A stretch of 64,000 nucleotides of DNA from an uncultured Gammaproteobacteria bacterium. Its GTDB lineage: Bacteria > Pseudomonadota > Gammaproteobacteria > JACCXJ01. The stretch is from assembly GCA_963764725.1 (NCBI GenBank), contig CAVXTM010000011.1, forward strand, positions 192,001 to 256,000, written 5' to 3'. Both the position numbers and the translations under genes were made by a program. The notes beneath the pieces are model-generated. The model was not told the origin of the DNA and ran no database searches. It worked only from the letters and a program-made list of their open reading frames with translations. Below, in pieces: positions 10,605 through 20,407 of the stretch (position 1 is the first letter of the stretch; each line of letters starts with the position of its first letter).

Positions 10605-11179
10605 AGGGTAAGGCGGAGGCCTTCCGAACTACCGCGGCAACGACAGGATCGGTAACCAGTCTTTCGGTGTACCTGGATAGCGGTTCAACGGCCACCAAAC
10701 TCGTTGCTGGTCTCTACACGGATAAGAACGGTCATCCGGGCACTCTGCTCAAGCAGGGGACACTGAGCTCACCGGGGAGCGGAGGCTGGAAGAAAGTCTC
10801 CCTTCCTCCGGTATCGATTAATGCCGGTAGCAAATACTGGATCGCGCTACTGGGCACCGGTGGCAAGCTCTGGTTCCGCGATGCGGCCGGTGGCACCAGT
10901 CAACCCAGCGAGACGAGCGCCCAGACGCTCAGTACACTGCCGGGCACCTGGTCGACCGGTACCCCTTCTTCCTCGGGACCGCTGTCAGCGTATGGGGCTG
11001 GATACCCTTAAGCCTGTTCAGCGTGCTTCATAGTGTGACCATGTTGGTTTTTCAATACTGCTGACTTACTGACAAAGCTATACTAAATTACAGGTCCTGG
11101 GAGTAGTACCCGGCCCTGCTTCTTTTCTCTACGACCACGACGAATTCGACACTCCCCTCGGTATCTTAGAGATGCAGTC

Positions 11180-12198
11180 GAGTTATGATTGAAAGTTGTG
11201 GATGAAGGAGTAAAGGAGGCGGCGTATTCTTGATGGTCTTCAAGGTCATCAATTCCTACTGAAAGGAGTGAATACGCCATGAGTGAAGATAAAGTAATTG
11301 CGTTGAAGAATCCAGGGACGCCGGCTCCGGTCGCGGATGCGCTCACAGAGATTCTGCGGGCGGGTGCCCAACGGATGCTAGCGGCTGCGATTGAAGCGGA
11401 AGTTGCGGTTTTTCTGGAAGGTTTCATGGGACAGGAAACGGCGGAAGGACGCCAGCGTGTGGTACGTAACGGTCATCTGCCGGGACGGACGATACAAACC
11501 GGTGTGGGAGCGGTGGAGGTGAAAATACCGCGGGTTCGGGACCGGGAAAAGACGATCCGGTATAACTCCTCGATATTGCCACCCTATATACGGCGCACCA
11601 AGACGCTGGAGGAACTATTGCCCTGGTTATACTTGAAGGGGATCTCGACAGGTGATTTTCAGGAGGCGCTGACGGCTTTGTTGGGGCGAGAGGCGCCGGG
11701 CTTGTCGGCCAGCACGATCGGTCGGCTCAAGGCGGTATGGCAAGACGAGCACGCGCGCTGGTCACGGCGCGATCTATCGAACCGGCGCTATGTGTATCTA
11801 TGGGTCGACGGTATCCATTTCGGGGTACGGCTGGAAGATGCGGCCCAGTGCATTCTGGTGGTGATCGGCGCGACGGCTGAGGGTAAGAAAGAATTGGTGA
11901 CGCTCGCCGATGGCTATCGGGAAAGTGAAGCGTCCTGGCGGGAAGTGCTATTGGATCTGAAAGCCCGTGGCTTGAAGCTCGATCCGCATCTGGCCACCGG
12001 CGATGGGGCCTTGGGATTCTGGAAGGCATTACCGCAAGTCTTCGGCATGACCCGTGGTCAACGCTGTTGGGTACACAAGACTGCCAACGTGCTCAACAAG
12101 CTACCCAAGAGCCAGCAACCTAAGGCCAAGGCGGCGCTGCAGGAGATCTGGATGGCAGCCACCCGGCAGGAGGCCGAGCGCGCCTTCGATCAGTTTCT
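11180..12198 (+). mobile_element. IS256-family element, second copy, 3'-truncated but flanked by a 9 bp direct repeat
   Basis: Near-identical to 6264-7649 from IRL up to ...CCTTCGATC; GATGCAGTC at 11171-11179 and 12199-12207; transposase ORF 11279-12247 lacks the catalytic TTNPIE region. Confidence 0.9.
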
Positions 12199-12457
12199 GA
12201 TGCAGTCAACCGGACAGCGTAGTAGATCGGCACTCCACGCAAGCTGACTGCCGAAAAGCACGAATGCTTCTTCACTTCCGCTTGATTTAGGTTGTGTACG
12301 GCAGCCGAAAAACGCTCGTCCCCGCGAATTTGTGGCCGTTCTTGTGACGAACGGCACAGAATCAAAACGATTGTCACACGCTGAAGACAAACCTTGCCTT
12401 AAGGTGGCGCCCTCAAACGAAACAACGAAACAACCAAAACTCAGGGGAAGAAAGCGC

Positions 12458-14458
12458 ATGGTCTTTCGAGGCGTCATCTCATACCGTAGTTTTTTCGGGA
12501 CTGCTGAATTGCTAGTCATACTGGGAGTTGTATTTTTTTTCTGCTCCTACTCCGGCTATGTCCAAGCCGGCCAAGTCAGCTTAGCTTGGGGTGCCAGCCC
12601 CGGAGCAGCTGGCTATCAACTCTCCTATGGACCAAGCAGCGGTAACTACACCGGCAACGTCGATGCCGGCAATAACAATGTCAACGGTACGGTCAGCTAC
12701 ACCCTCACCCTGCAGGACGGCAAGTACTACATCGCAGCCAAGGCGTACAATAGCAGCAAAACGAGCTGGAGCGGATTCTCCAACGAGGTCGTTACGACCA
12801 TCTCCACATCGAGCACCGCCCCAACCGCTAGCTTTAGCGTGAAACCCACCTCCGGGGTGACCACCTCGTCTATTGTCACTTTTACCGATAGCTCGAGCGG
12901 CAACATTACCGGCCGGTCCTGGGATTTCAACGGGGACGGCACCATCGATAGCACCGCCATGAGCGGCGGCGCAACAACCTATACCAACCCTGGCACCTAC
13001 ACGGCTAGCCTTACTGTTACCGGCCCCGGAGGAAAGAATACCGCGACTAAAACCATCTTGGTGGAAGCAGCATCATCCGTATCACCGGTCGCAAATTTCA
13101 GCGCCACGCCCACCTCGGGCACGGCGCCCTTAAAGGTCAACTTCACCAATAGTTCTGCCAATGCGACATCCTATTCTTGGGACTTCAACGGGGACGGCAC
13201 CATCGACAGCACTTTGCAGAATCCATCGTACACCTACAACGCGGCTGGGACCTATACAGTCAAGTTGACTGCGACTGGTTCTGGTGGTGGTACGAATTCC
13301 ACAACCGGTAACATTACGGTCTCCCCAGGCGGCGGAAGCGCCTGTGGGGCTAACACTCGGCTAGTCGCCGCCTATGACTTTGAGGAAGCCAGCGGCGCCA
13401 CCGTGGTCGATGCCGCCAGCCAAGGCAACAAAGGAACCATCAGCGGCGCCACTCGAATAACCACGGGGCGCTTCGGCAAGGCCCTCTCCTTCGATGGCGT
13501 CAACGACTGGGTCACGATCAACGATGCCCCCTCCCTAGACCTCACCGCGTGCATGACGCTTGAGGCATGGGTCTACCCCACAGTCAACATGACCCACCAG
13601 GCAACGGTCGTTCTGAAACAGCAGCCTTCAGGTCTTGTGTATACTCTCCGCGCCAACTCCGATGCCAATCAGCCATCGATGGCTGTCCGGATCGGTGGGA
13701 GTTACCGTACCCTAAAAGGCGGGCCCGGGTCCTGGCTCCGAGCTAATGAGTGGAAACATCTCGCGGCCACCTACAATGGCACCACCGAGCGTCTCTACGT
13801 CAACGGCACCCAAGTCGCTCAACAGCCACAAACAGGCCCGATCGAGGTGTCGAGTGGTCCGCTGCGCCTAGGTGGCAATAGCATCTGGGGCGAGTTCTTC
13901 AAAGGCCGTATCGACGAGGTCCGTATCTATAACCGTGCCTTGAGTGCCAAGGAGATCCAAACCGATAGGGACATCTCGGTCGCGACCTCCTCGCCCCCGG
14001 TCACCTTGGTGGGAACCAAGACCGTTGGGTCGGTGACTGACTCTAACCCCCAGGGTAAGGCGGAGGCCTTCCGAACTACCGCGGCAACGACAGGATCGGT
14101 AACCAGTCTTTCGGTGTACCTGGATAGCGGTTCAACGGCCACCAAACTCGTTGCCGGTCTCTACACGGATAAGAACGGTCATCCGGGCACTCTGCTCAAG
14201 CAGGGGACACTGAGCTCACCGGGGAGCGGAGGCTGGAAGAAAGTCTCCCTTCCTCCGGTATCGATTAATGCCGGTAGCAAATACTGGATCGCGCTACTGG
14301 GCACCGGTGGCAAGCTCTGGTTCCGCGATGCGGCCGGTGGCACCAGTCAACCCAGCGAGACGAGCGCCCAGACGCTCAGTACACTGCCGGGCACTTGGTC
14401 AACCGGTACCCCTTCTTCCTCGGGACCGCTGTCAGCGTATGGGGCTGGATACCCATAG
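12458..14458 (+). CDS. Secreted FN3-like/2xPKD/LamG/C-terminal beta-sandwich protein (paralogue 2, intact, ~666 aa)
   Basis: Signal peptide ending YVQA-GQVSLAW, PKD motifs (SWDFNGDG), LamG (ALSFDGVNDWV, MTLEAWVYP, GRIDEVRIYNRALS). The ORF track starts at 12332; ATG 12458 fits the signal peptide better. Confidence 0.88.
   Translation: MVFRGVISYRSFFGTAELLVILGVVFFFCSYSGYVQAGQVSLAWGASPGAAGYQLSYGPSSGNYTGNVDAGNNNVNGTVSYTLTLQDGKYYIAAKAYNSSKTSWSGFSNEVVTTISTSSTAPTASFSVKPTSGVTTSSIVTFTDSSSGNITGRSWDFNGDGTIDSTAMSGGATTYTNPGTYTASLTVTGPGGKNTATKTILVEAASSVSPVANFSATPTSGTAPLKVNFTNSSANATSYSWDFNGDGTIDSTLQNPSYTYNAAGTYTVKLTATGSGGGTNSTTGNITVSPGGGSACGANTRLVAAYDFEEASGATVVDAASQGNKGTISGATRITTGRFGKALSFDGVNDWVTINDAPSLDLTACMTLEAWVYPTVNMTHQATVVLKQQPSGLVYTLRANSDANQPSMAVRIGGSYRTLKGGPGSWLRANEWKHLAATYNGTTERLYVNGTQVAQQPQTGPIEVSSGPLRLGGNSIWGEFFKGRIDEVRIYNRALSAKEIQTDRDISVATSSPPVTLVGTKTVGSVTDSNPQGKAEAFRTTAATTGSVTSLSVYLDSGSTATKLVAGLYTDKNGHPGTLLKQGTLSSPGSGGWKKVSLPPVSINAGSKYWIALLGTGGKLWFRDAAGGTSQPSETSAQTLSTLPGTWSTGTPSSSGPLSAYGAGYP
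13757..14454 (+). repeat. Copy 2 of 698 bp near-identical tract
   Basis: Matches 8783-9087 + 10615-11007. Confidence 0.9.
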
Positions 14459-14611
14459 GTGTGACGCAGCCATCCCAGGCAACCTGTCAGTTCCTCAACG
14501 GAGAAAGTCCTGACTGAGTTGTAAAGGCACAGAGCCGGGTAGCAAGACCCGGCGCTGTATGCATCCCTACAAGACGAGACGACGCCGAACAACGGAGAGG
14601 GGGGAGCAATC

Positions 14612-14841
14612 ATGCCAAGAGAGTCATCGCATCGCGGAGGCGCGCCCATAGAGTACTGTGGATATATTCGGTTATATCGCTTTTCTACACATTGCAGGCC
14701 CAAGCCGGCCAAGCCACATTGGTCTGGGATGCGAACATAGAATCCATACTGGGAGGTTATCAACTCTACTACGGGCAAGCCAGCCGTACGTACACCCCCA
14801 GCATCGATGTTGGCAATAAGACAAGCTATACACTCACTGGC
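14612..14841 (+). pseudogene. Truncated third paralogue of the FN3/PKD/LamG protein (signal peptide + partial FN3)
   Basis: ...LFYTLQAQA-GQATLVWDANIESILGGYQLYYGQASRTYTPSIDVGNKTSYTLTG aligns with paralogue 1; out of frame with ATG 14612; cut by an IS256 fragment. Confidence 0.8.
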
Positions 14842-15071
14842 AGACCTGTATCGTGCATCTCATTCATTACAGCATGCAGTTTGCGTCGTGGAAGGAGCGA
14901 AAAATGATCGCGGTGGCACTCAATTCCATCTACCAGGCCGAGACCGCTGAGGTGGGACGAGCTTGAGGCCTTCGTGGGGGCAGAAATACCCGGCCATCGC
15001 CCAAAGCTGGCGGCGTCACTGGGAAGAGGTTATCCCGTTCTTCGCTTTCCCGCCCGAGGTGCGGAAAATCA
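14841..15071 (+). mobile_element. Degraded IS256-family transposase fragment (different lineage from 6264-7649)
   Basis: QTCIVHLIHYSMQFASWKERK...KYPAIAQSWRRHWEEVIPFFAFPPEVRKI across frameshifts. Confidence 0.75.
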
Positions 15072-16252
15072 GGAACCTCTGCAAAAGTCCACGATCTGAT
15101 CGGTAGGCGCACCGAATACAATCGAGGACGATAATGAGCAAGCAGATGACACTGGGCACGGGTTTCGAGAAGTACAGCAAGACCACGCGTCGGGAGAGAT
15201 TTCTCACCGAGATGGACCGTATTGTGCCGTGGGGAGATCTGTGCGCACTGATAGCGCCGATGTATCCGAAGGGGGGTGATGGCCGTCCTCCGAAGGAACT
15301 GGAGATGATGCTGCGGTGTACTTTCTGCAGCAGTGGTTCAATCTCTCGGACCCGGGCGTGGAAGAAGCTCTCTACGACTCGGTGTCGATGCGCCGGTTTG
15401 CGGGCATCGACTTGGGGGAGATGCCGGTGCCCGATGAGTCCACGGTGCTGCGCTTCCGCCATTTGTTGGAGGCACATGGGCTGGGCGAGAAGCTGTTCGA
15501 GCAGGTGCATGGGTACTTGGAGCGCCAGGGCATCAAGATTGGCACCGGCACGATTGTCGATGCCACGATTATCAGCGCCCCGCCCTCGACCAAGAACAAA
15601 GACAAGTGCCGTGACCCGGACATGCATCCGACCAAGAAAGGCAATCAGTGGTATTTCGGGATGAAGCGCACATCGGTGTGGACAGTCAAACCAAGCTCAT
15701 CCACGCGGTGGTCGCCACCCCGGCCCATGTGCACGACTCGGTGTGTCTGCCCGATCTCTTGCACGGGGAGGAGACATGCGTCTGGGGCGACTCGGCCTAT
15801 CAGGGGCAGAGTGAGGTCATACGCAAGCACGCACCGAAGGCCACCGATTTCACCCATCGACGTTACCGTTATCCAACGGGCGAAGAACAAAACCAAGTCC
15901 AGCGTGCGCGCCAAGGTCGAGCACCCCTTTCTCATCATTAAGCGTATCTTCGGCTTCGTGAAGACCCGCTACAAGGGGTTGGCGAAGAGAGCCAGGCCCA
16001 AGGATGGGCCTGCTTGGCGCCCTGAGGATGGAGCGCACACCGCCTGTTCGTCACCTGTGCGCTGACCAATCTGTACCTGATGCGCCGGCGGCTGTGGCGA
16101 CTGACGGGGGCGTAGTGCGCCTACATTACGCCAAACGGGGCGAAAATGGCCCTCTGAACGATGAAAAACGGGCCTCCCGGCTTGCTTTTCCGTCTGAAAT
16201 CGATTCGTACGCAGCCCGCGCAACCATTCTTGATTACTTGTTCAGAGGTTCC
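15072..16252 (+). mobile_element. IS5-family element with multiply frameshifted transposase
   Basis: IRs GGAACCTCTGCAAAAGT / GGAACCTCTGAACAAGT; motifs YFLQQWFNLSDP, IVDATII, KKGNQWYFGMK, GDSAYQG, RAKVEHPF spread over several frames. Confidence 0.88.
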
Positions 16253-16257
16253 CTATA

Positions 16258-16425
16258 CGAAATGCACTCGGTCTCGTCGCGGCTAAATCCTCTTGCCGCG
16301 ACCGTCCCGCGCTCAGGCACACCACCTCGCTCTGGACTCGCATGTGCCTTCGCTCAATGACTCTACGCCGTCCATCTAGAATACCGCTATCTCGGGCTCC
16401 TCGCCTCAGCCTTCGACCTTCCATG
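16258..16425. repeat. ~170 bp non-coding structured direct repeat, copy A
   Basis: Roughly 85% identical by eye to 18346-18515. Confidence 0.85.
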
Positions 16426-16956
16426 GCCCGTCGGCAGTTGTTCAAGGAACTGAAAGGCACCTATCGCATTAATGTGGTGCCGAGCCGCCGACGCTGTGTC
16501 GTCGAGCCGTTCATCTCTGCTGCGCTGCTGACTTGCATGGCAGTCGTCAATTGTTAAGCGTGTCATCGGTCGGCAAAGGCGACTGCCTCTGCGTTCAGCG
16601 CGTCGTGCTCATCATAGTTCGCGCACCACGCAAGACGCGGAAGCTCTCGCGCGATGTGTCGAGATTACTCTTGCATGAGTCTCCGGTCCTAATCGACCGA
16701 CCGTCACTCATTCCCGCCATCGACAAAGGCATTCGTTGCCCAAGAGAACGCTACGGCTTTTGCCTATGGTAGTATTTCGGTGCGCAGTCCTCATCCCCTT
16801 ATGATATCATCGAAAGCTCTGCTTCCTTACCGACTGATAGTCACGCTCACTAGTATATCTGCAATTGTTAGCCAGTTGATATCTATAGTCCACCTGTTTA
16901 CCGGGCTCTCAATGATCCGTGCTCGTCGAAGCCACCTAATAGTTGATACAACCTAA

Positions 16957-18201
16957 ATGCGTCTCCTCGTTTATCCCCACGATCTTTCGATCGGCGGTAG
17001 CCAGATCAATGCGATCGATCTCGCCGCGGGTGTTTCCAAGGCCGGCCACGATGTGGTTGTCTATGGCATCCCAGGTCCGCTCGTCGAATACATCAAGCAG
17101 CGCGGCCTGCGCTTTCTCCCAGCCCGCCGCCTTAGGTACCGTCCGGCGCCGTCACGAATCGGACAATTAGCCGCTATCGCCTGCCGGCAGCGCCTTGATC
17201 TAATCCACACGTATGAGTGGCCGCCGTGCCTCGACGCTTACTACGGCGCGAATCTCTTTCTCGGCGTGCCGATATTGTGCACAGTGCTCTCCATGGCGGT
17301 GATGCCCTATGTTCCGGCATCGGTGCCGTTGATCATGGGCACTGCCAACCTTGGCGAAGAGGCTCGCAGAGTGCAGCGGAGTGATGTCTGGGTGCTCGAA
17401 CCACCAATCGACGTAGAGCGCGACCACCCTGGCATCGACGGCTCAAATTTCCGCCGAACCCACAGTGTGGCTGACAGAGAGCTCCTGATCGTAAGCGTTT
17501 CCCGACTTGCTGTTGATTTAAAGCTGGACGCACTTGTTCGGGCTATCGATGCTGCCGATCTACTCGCTGGTCGGCATCCTATAAGGCTTATTCTAGTAGG
17601 TGCCGGTCCCGCTCGTGAGGCACTGCACGAGCGGTCTAGGGCCGTAAATCTACGTTGGAAGCGCGAGGTCGTGAGCCTTCCTGGACCCGAGCTTGACCCG
17701 CGGTTCGCCTACGCCGCGGCCGACGTGGTAGTCGGCATGGGGAGTTCTGCACTCCGCGGGCTTGCCATTGGGAAACCCGTAGTGGTCCAAGGCGAAGAGG
17801 CTTTCTCGGAGGTGTTCGAACCAGCGAATCTTGAGTTGTTTCTCCGACAAGGCTTCTACGGGCAGGCAGGAGGCGCACCCAACGTTGGTCGCCTTGTCAA
17901 CCAACTCGACTGGCTGCTATCCAACCGGGAACGGAGGGAAAGTCTTGGCCGGTTCGGCAGGCAGGTGGTCACTGAGCGCTTCAGCCTTGAACGGGCAGTG
18001 CATGTGCAGCTCGACATTTACGAGCAAGTGCTCCGCAATCCTCCTCCCCGTTCTATCACGGACGCGCTGCGCTCGGCCGGTCGGGCTTTGATGCTTGAGC
18101 TGTCAAATCATAATCCGTGGCGGAAGCGGGAACACAGGACACGGGAACAAAAGCTCCTCGTCGGGGCATGCCGGGGATCATGGCCCCCCACAAAAGACTA
18201 G
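16957..18201 (+). CDS. Glycosyltransferase family 4 (GT-B)
   Basis: N-terminal IGGSQINAIDLA, GHDVVV, LAIGKPVV, ERFSLER. Confidence 0.85.
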   Translation: MRLLVYPHDLSIGGSQINAIDLAAGVSKAGHDVVVYGIPGPLVEYIKQRGLRFLPARRLRYRPAPSRIGQLAAIACRQRLDLIHTYEWPPCLDAYYGANLFLGVPILCTVLSMAVMPYVPASVPLIMGTANLGEEARRVQRSDVWVLEPPIDVERDHPGIDGSNFRRTHSVADRELLIVSVSRLAVDLKLDALVRAIDAADLLAGRHPIRLILVGAGPAREALHERSRAVNLRWKREVVSLPGPELDPRFAYAAADVVVGMGSSALRGLAIGKPVVVQGEEAFSEVFEPANLELFLRQGFYGQAGGAPNVGRLVNQLDWLLSNRERRESLGRFGRQVVTERFSLERAVHVQLDIYEQVLRNPPPRSITDALRSAGRALMLELSNHNPWRKREHRTREQKLLVGACRGSWPPTKD

Positions 18202-18345
18202 CGTTAAATACACTAAGCTTGTTGTCGGTAATCTCCATTATGCTTTAGTATTTCCACAACTCGCCGCGAAAGCTACGTTTTTGTGCGGCGACCCTCGTCT
18301 GTACATTTCGGCGATCCTGACCAGCGGCCGGCTAATTGGTGCCCC

Positions 18346-18515
18346 CGAAATGCAGTCGGTCTCGCCGCGGATAATTCCTCTTGCCGCGACCATGCTGCAC
18401 TCAGGCACACCACCTCGCTATGGGCTCGCACGTGCCTTCGTTCAACGACTCTACGCCGTCCATCTAGAGAGCCGGCTATCGCGGGGCCTCACGCCTCGGC
18501 CTTCGACCTTCCATG
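18346..18515. repeat. ~170 bp non-coding structured direct repeat, copy B
   Basis: Partner of 16258-16425; on the minus strand it begins ~16 nt after the stop of 18532-19911. Confidence 0.85.
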
Positions 18516-18531
18516 ACTCATTGGACGACAT

Positions 18532-19911
18532 CTACTGTATTTGTACTTTCAAATTTTGTGGCGGCGCTAACGGACTCGCACTGCTGCCGCCCGCAAACTC
18601 AAATGCCCCAATATCCCACGCAGAGCCTTGCGGGCGACCTGTTCCTTCATAGTCATTATCGAAACCGGTCAATGTCGTCCCCTTATCGAGCGCCGGGCTA
18701 TTTGACTGAAGATGAAAGTCATTCGCGCCCGCATTTACAAGCCTAGGATCACCACCGTTCATGCCCTGCGGATCATTGAAGCCGCTTACCGTTCCCCAAG
18801 TACCGATTCTCGCGATGTAGTTATTGCTCACCTGGATATTGGAACCGGTGCTTCCGACAGAGATGACTTGACCATAGCTATTAATACTACTTGCGGGAAT
18901 GAAGATATTGTTCTTAATCCGGGCGCCGCTGTAATTACTCTTTCCGCTTGCATCATAGAGATACATGATCAGCTTGTTGCTTGATCCCCCGTTGTAGATG
19001 GTGTTGTTATAAAAGCGAATGTTTGGGATTCCAAGGTTCGCCTGACCGGAGACACCGATGTAAACGTTGTTCCTGATGTCCCAGTTGCCTGTGTTGCTTG
19101 CACCGTTGTTTTCCGTCATGAACATTTGGAAATAGCCGCCGTTGCTGTTATTGATAAGATTTTTCTCAAAGACGATGTTGTTGGAGCCACCTCCGAACGT
19201 CTGAATGACATCCATGTGAGCAGACGATCCCGAGCTCATCGTGATGTCGTGAATGTAGTTGTTTCGGATAATATTGTTCGTCCCCCATGCGCGGAAAGCA
19301 TCAATGTCTTTCGCGGGTCCGATTTCGTTATTCTCGACGATTTGGTTGTCACCGCTGACAATGAATACCGGAAGGTCGTTGCTTGGTCCGGTCGATGAGT
19401 AATAGCGATTTCCGCGGATGGCGAGGTTGTCACCATCCCCCCGAACAATTCCCCATGACGCGCCGGTGTCGTGGATCGTGTTATTCAAGAGCTCACCGAA
19501 GCTTCCAGACCACGTCATCATAAATCCATCATTCGCTCCGGTCATTTCGAAGCCGTCAATGGTGACGTAATTGTGACTTACATTAAAAGTTCTCGTCGCT
19601 ACCGTCCCGTTTGCCTTGAATGTAATCCGGCTCCCTGCCGCACCGCTTCGTGCGGTGGTGACTTTTTCGTTGTAGGTCCCGGCAACGACAATCGCCGTGT
19701 CCCCTGCCACCATGGCACTCGCGGCTTTTCCAATTGTTTTCCATGGCTGGGACTGACTTCCCGCGTTGCTGTCACTCGCCTGGCTGTTGTTTCTGTCAAC
19801 GTAGTAAGTAGTTGCAGCCACCGCGTCGGTAGGAGCGCTAAAAATAAGGAGAACAAGCCACAGAAAAGCAGCAATGCTTGTGAGATTATTTTGAAAATTT
19901 TCGGTGTTCAT
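18532..19911 (-). CDS. Secreted right-handed parallel beta-helix protein (DUF1565/pectate-lyase-like fold) with choice-of-anchor-Q-like tail
   Basis: Signal peptide, TYYVD...ASDSNAGSQSQPWKTI, Asn-rich PbH1 repeats, DFHLQSNSPALDKG...WDIGAFEF. Confidence 0.85.
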   Translation of the reverse strand: MNTENFQNNLTSIAAFLWLVLLIFSAPTDAVAATTYYVDRNNSQASDSNAGSQSQPWKTIGKAASAMVAGDTAIVVAGTYNEKVTTARSGAAGSRITFKANGTVATRTFNVSHNYVTIDGFEMTGANDGFMMTWSGSFGELLNNTIHDTGASWGIVRGDGDNLAIRGNRYYSSTGPSNDLPVFIVSGDNQIVENNEIGPAKDIDAFRAWGTNNIIRNNYIHDITMSSGSSAHMDVIQTFGGGSNNIVFEKNLINNSNGGYFQMFMTENNGASNTGNWDIRNNVYIGVSGQANLGIPNIRFYNNTIYNGGSSNKLIMYLYDASGKSNYSGARIKNNIFIPASSINSYGQVISVGSTGSNIQVSNNYIARIGTWGTVSGFNDPQGMNGGDPRLVNAGANDFHLQSNSPALDKGTTLTGFDNDYEGTGRPQGSAWDIGAFEFAGGSSASPLAPPQNLKVQIQ

Positions 19912-20407
19912 ATGAAATTCCTGATTCAGAGTGATAGAAAAAGTATTTAAGTGTATTCGGCCCCATAGCGTGTGGGGGGCGAGACTAGCGACACGATGGC
20001 AACTGCCGATTTGCCTTTATTAAGTTAGCCAATGACATCATCGACCGAATCCGTATGTGCAGATGATCTCCTGTGCCATAGATCCTCCAGAGATCGCACT
20101 GCGCCGTAGACCTGGCAACGCGTTAAACGTTGTCGTCAAAAACGTCTTCATCCTGGCGTTTAAGGCCAATCTTTTGACGGACCCCTTAAATCAGCACGAC
20201 TAAGTATCTCGTGAGTTTAACGGTTGACCCGAAAATACTTCTCTGTGTTATGCCCCAAAATGTGTCTTGTGTCTCATTCTGAAGCAGAGCTCCGGCGAAT
20301 GAGGCGCCATTGGACCTTCTCCGGCTAACCAGCGAGCGGCCTAAAGCTACGGTCGTTCCAAGCATGCGGAGGTCACGTGGCGTGTCGCTATGCTCGTGAT
20401 GCATATC

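Larger units (their letters stand above)
8783..11007 (+). repeat. Copy 1 of 698 bp near-identical tract (interrupted by IS50-like element); partner 13757-14454
   Basis: From CATCTCGCGGCCACC to GGATACCC; only about 4 substitutions seen versus paralogue 2. Confidence 0.9.
6137..11011 (+). pseudogene. Secreted FN3-like/2xPKD/LamG/C-terminal beta-sandwich protein (paralogue 1), interrupted by two IS elements
   Basis: MFSITSRLNITRTLGSMVMLGIMLFFCSTYAYA-GQVSLAWDA | IS256 | NTEPALGGYQ...NPQGK | IS50-like | AEAFRTT...GAGYP*. Removing both IS plus one TSD copy each gives 1953 nt in frame (650 aa). Confidence 0.9.

Noticed and set aside
16258-16425. 170 bp repeat as a group II intron or known riboswitch
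   Set aside because: No GTGCG 5' end or domain V motif and no match to riboswitch consensus sequences I recognise; kept only as an unexplained repeat.
16993-17000. Third ops-like GGCGGTAG
   Set aside because: Lies in the GT4 coding sequence (IGGS motif), lacks the downstream TG and precedes no long operon.
20165-20178. FleQ-box-like GCCAATCTTTTGAC upstream of the beta-helix gene
   Set aside because: A single degenerate 14-mer with no clear partner site; not distinguishable from chance without a PWM scan.
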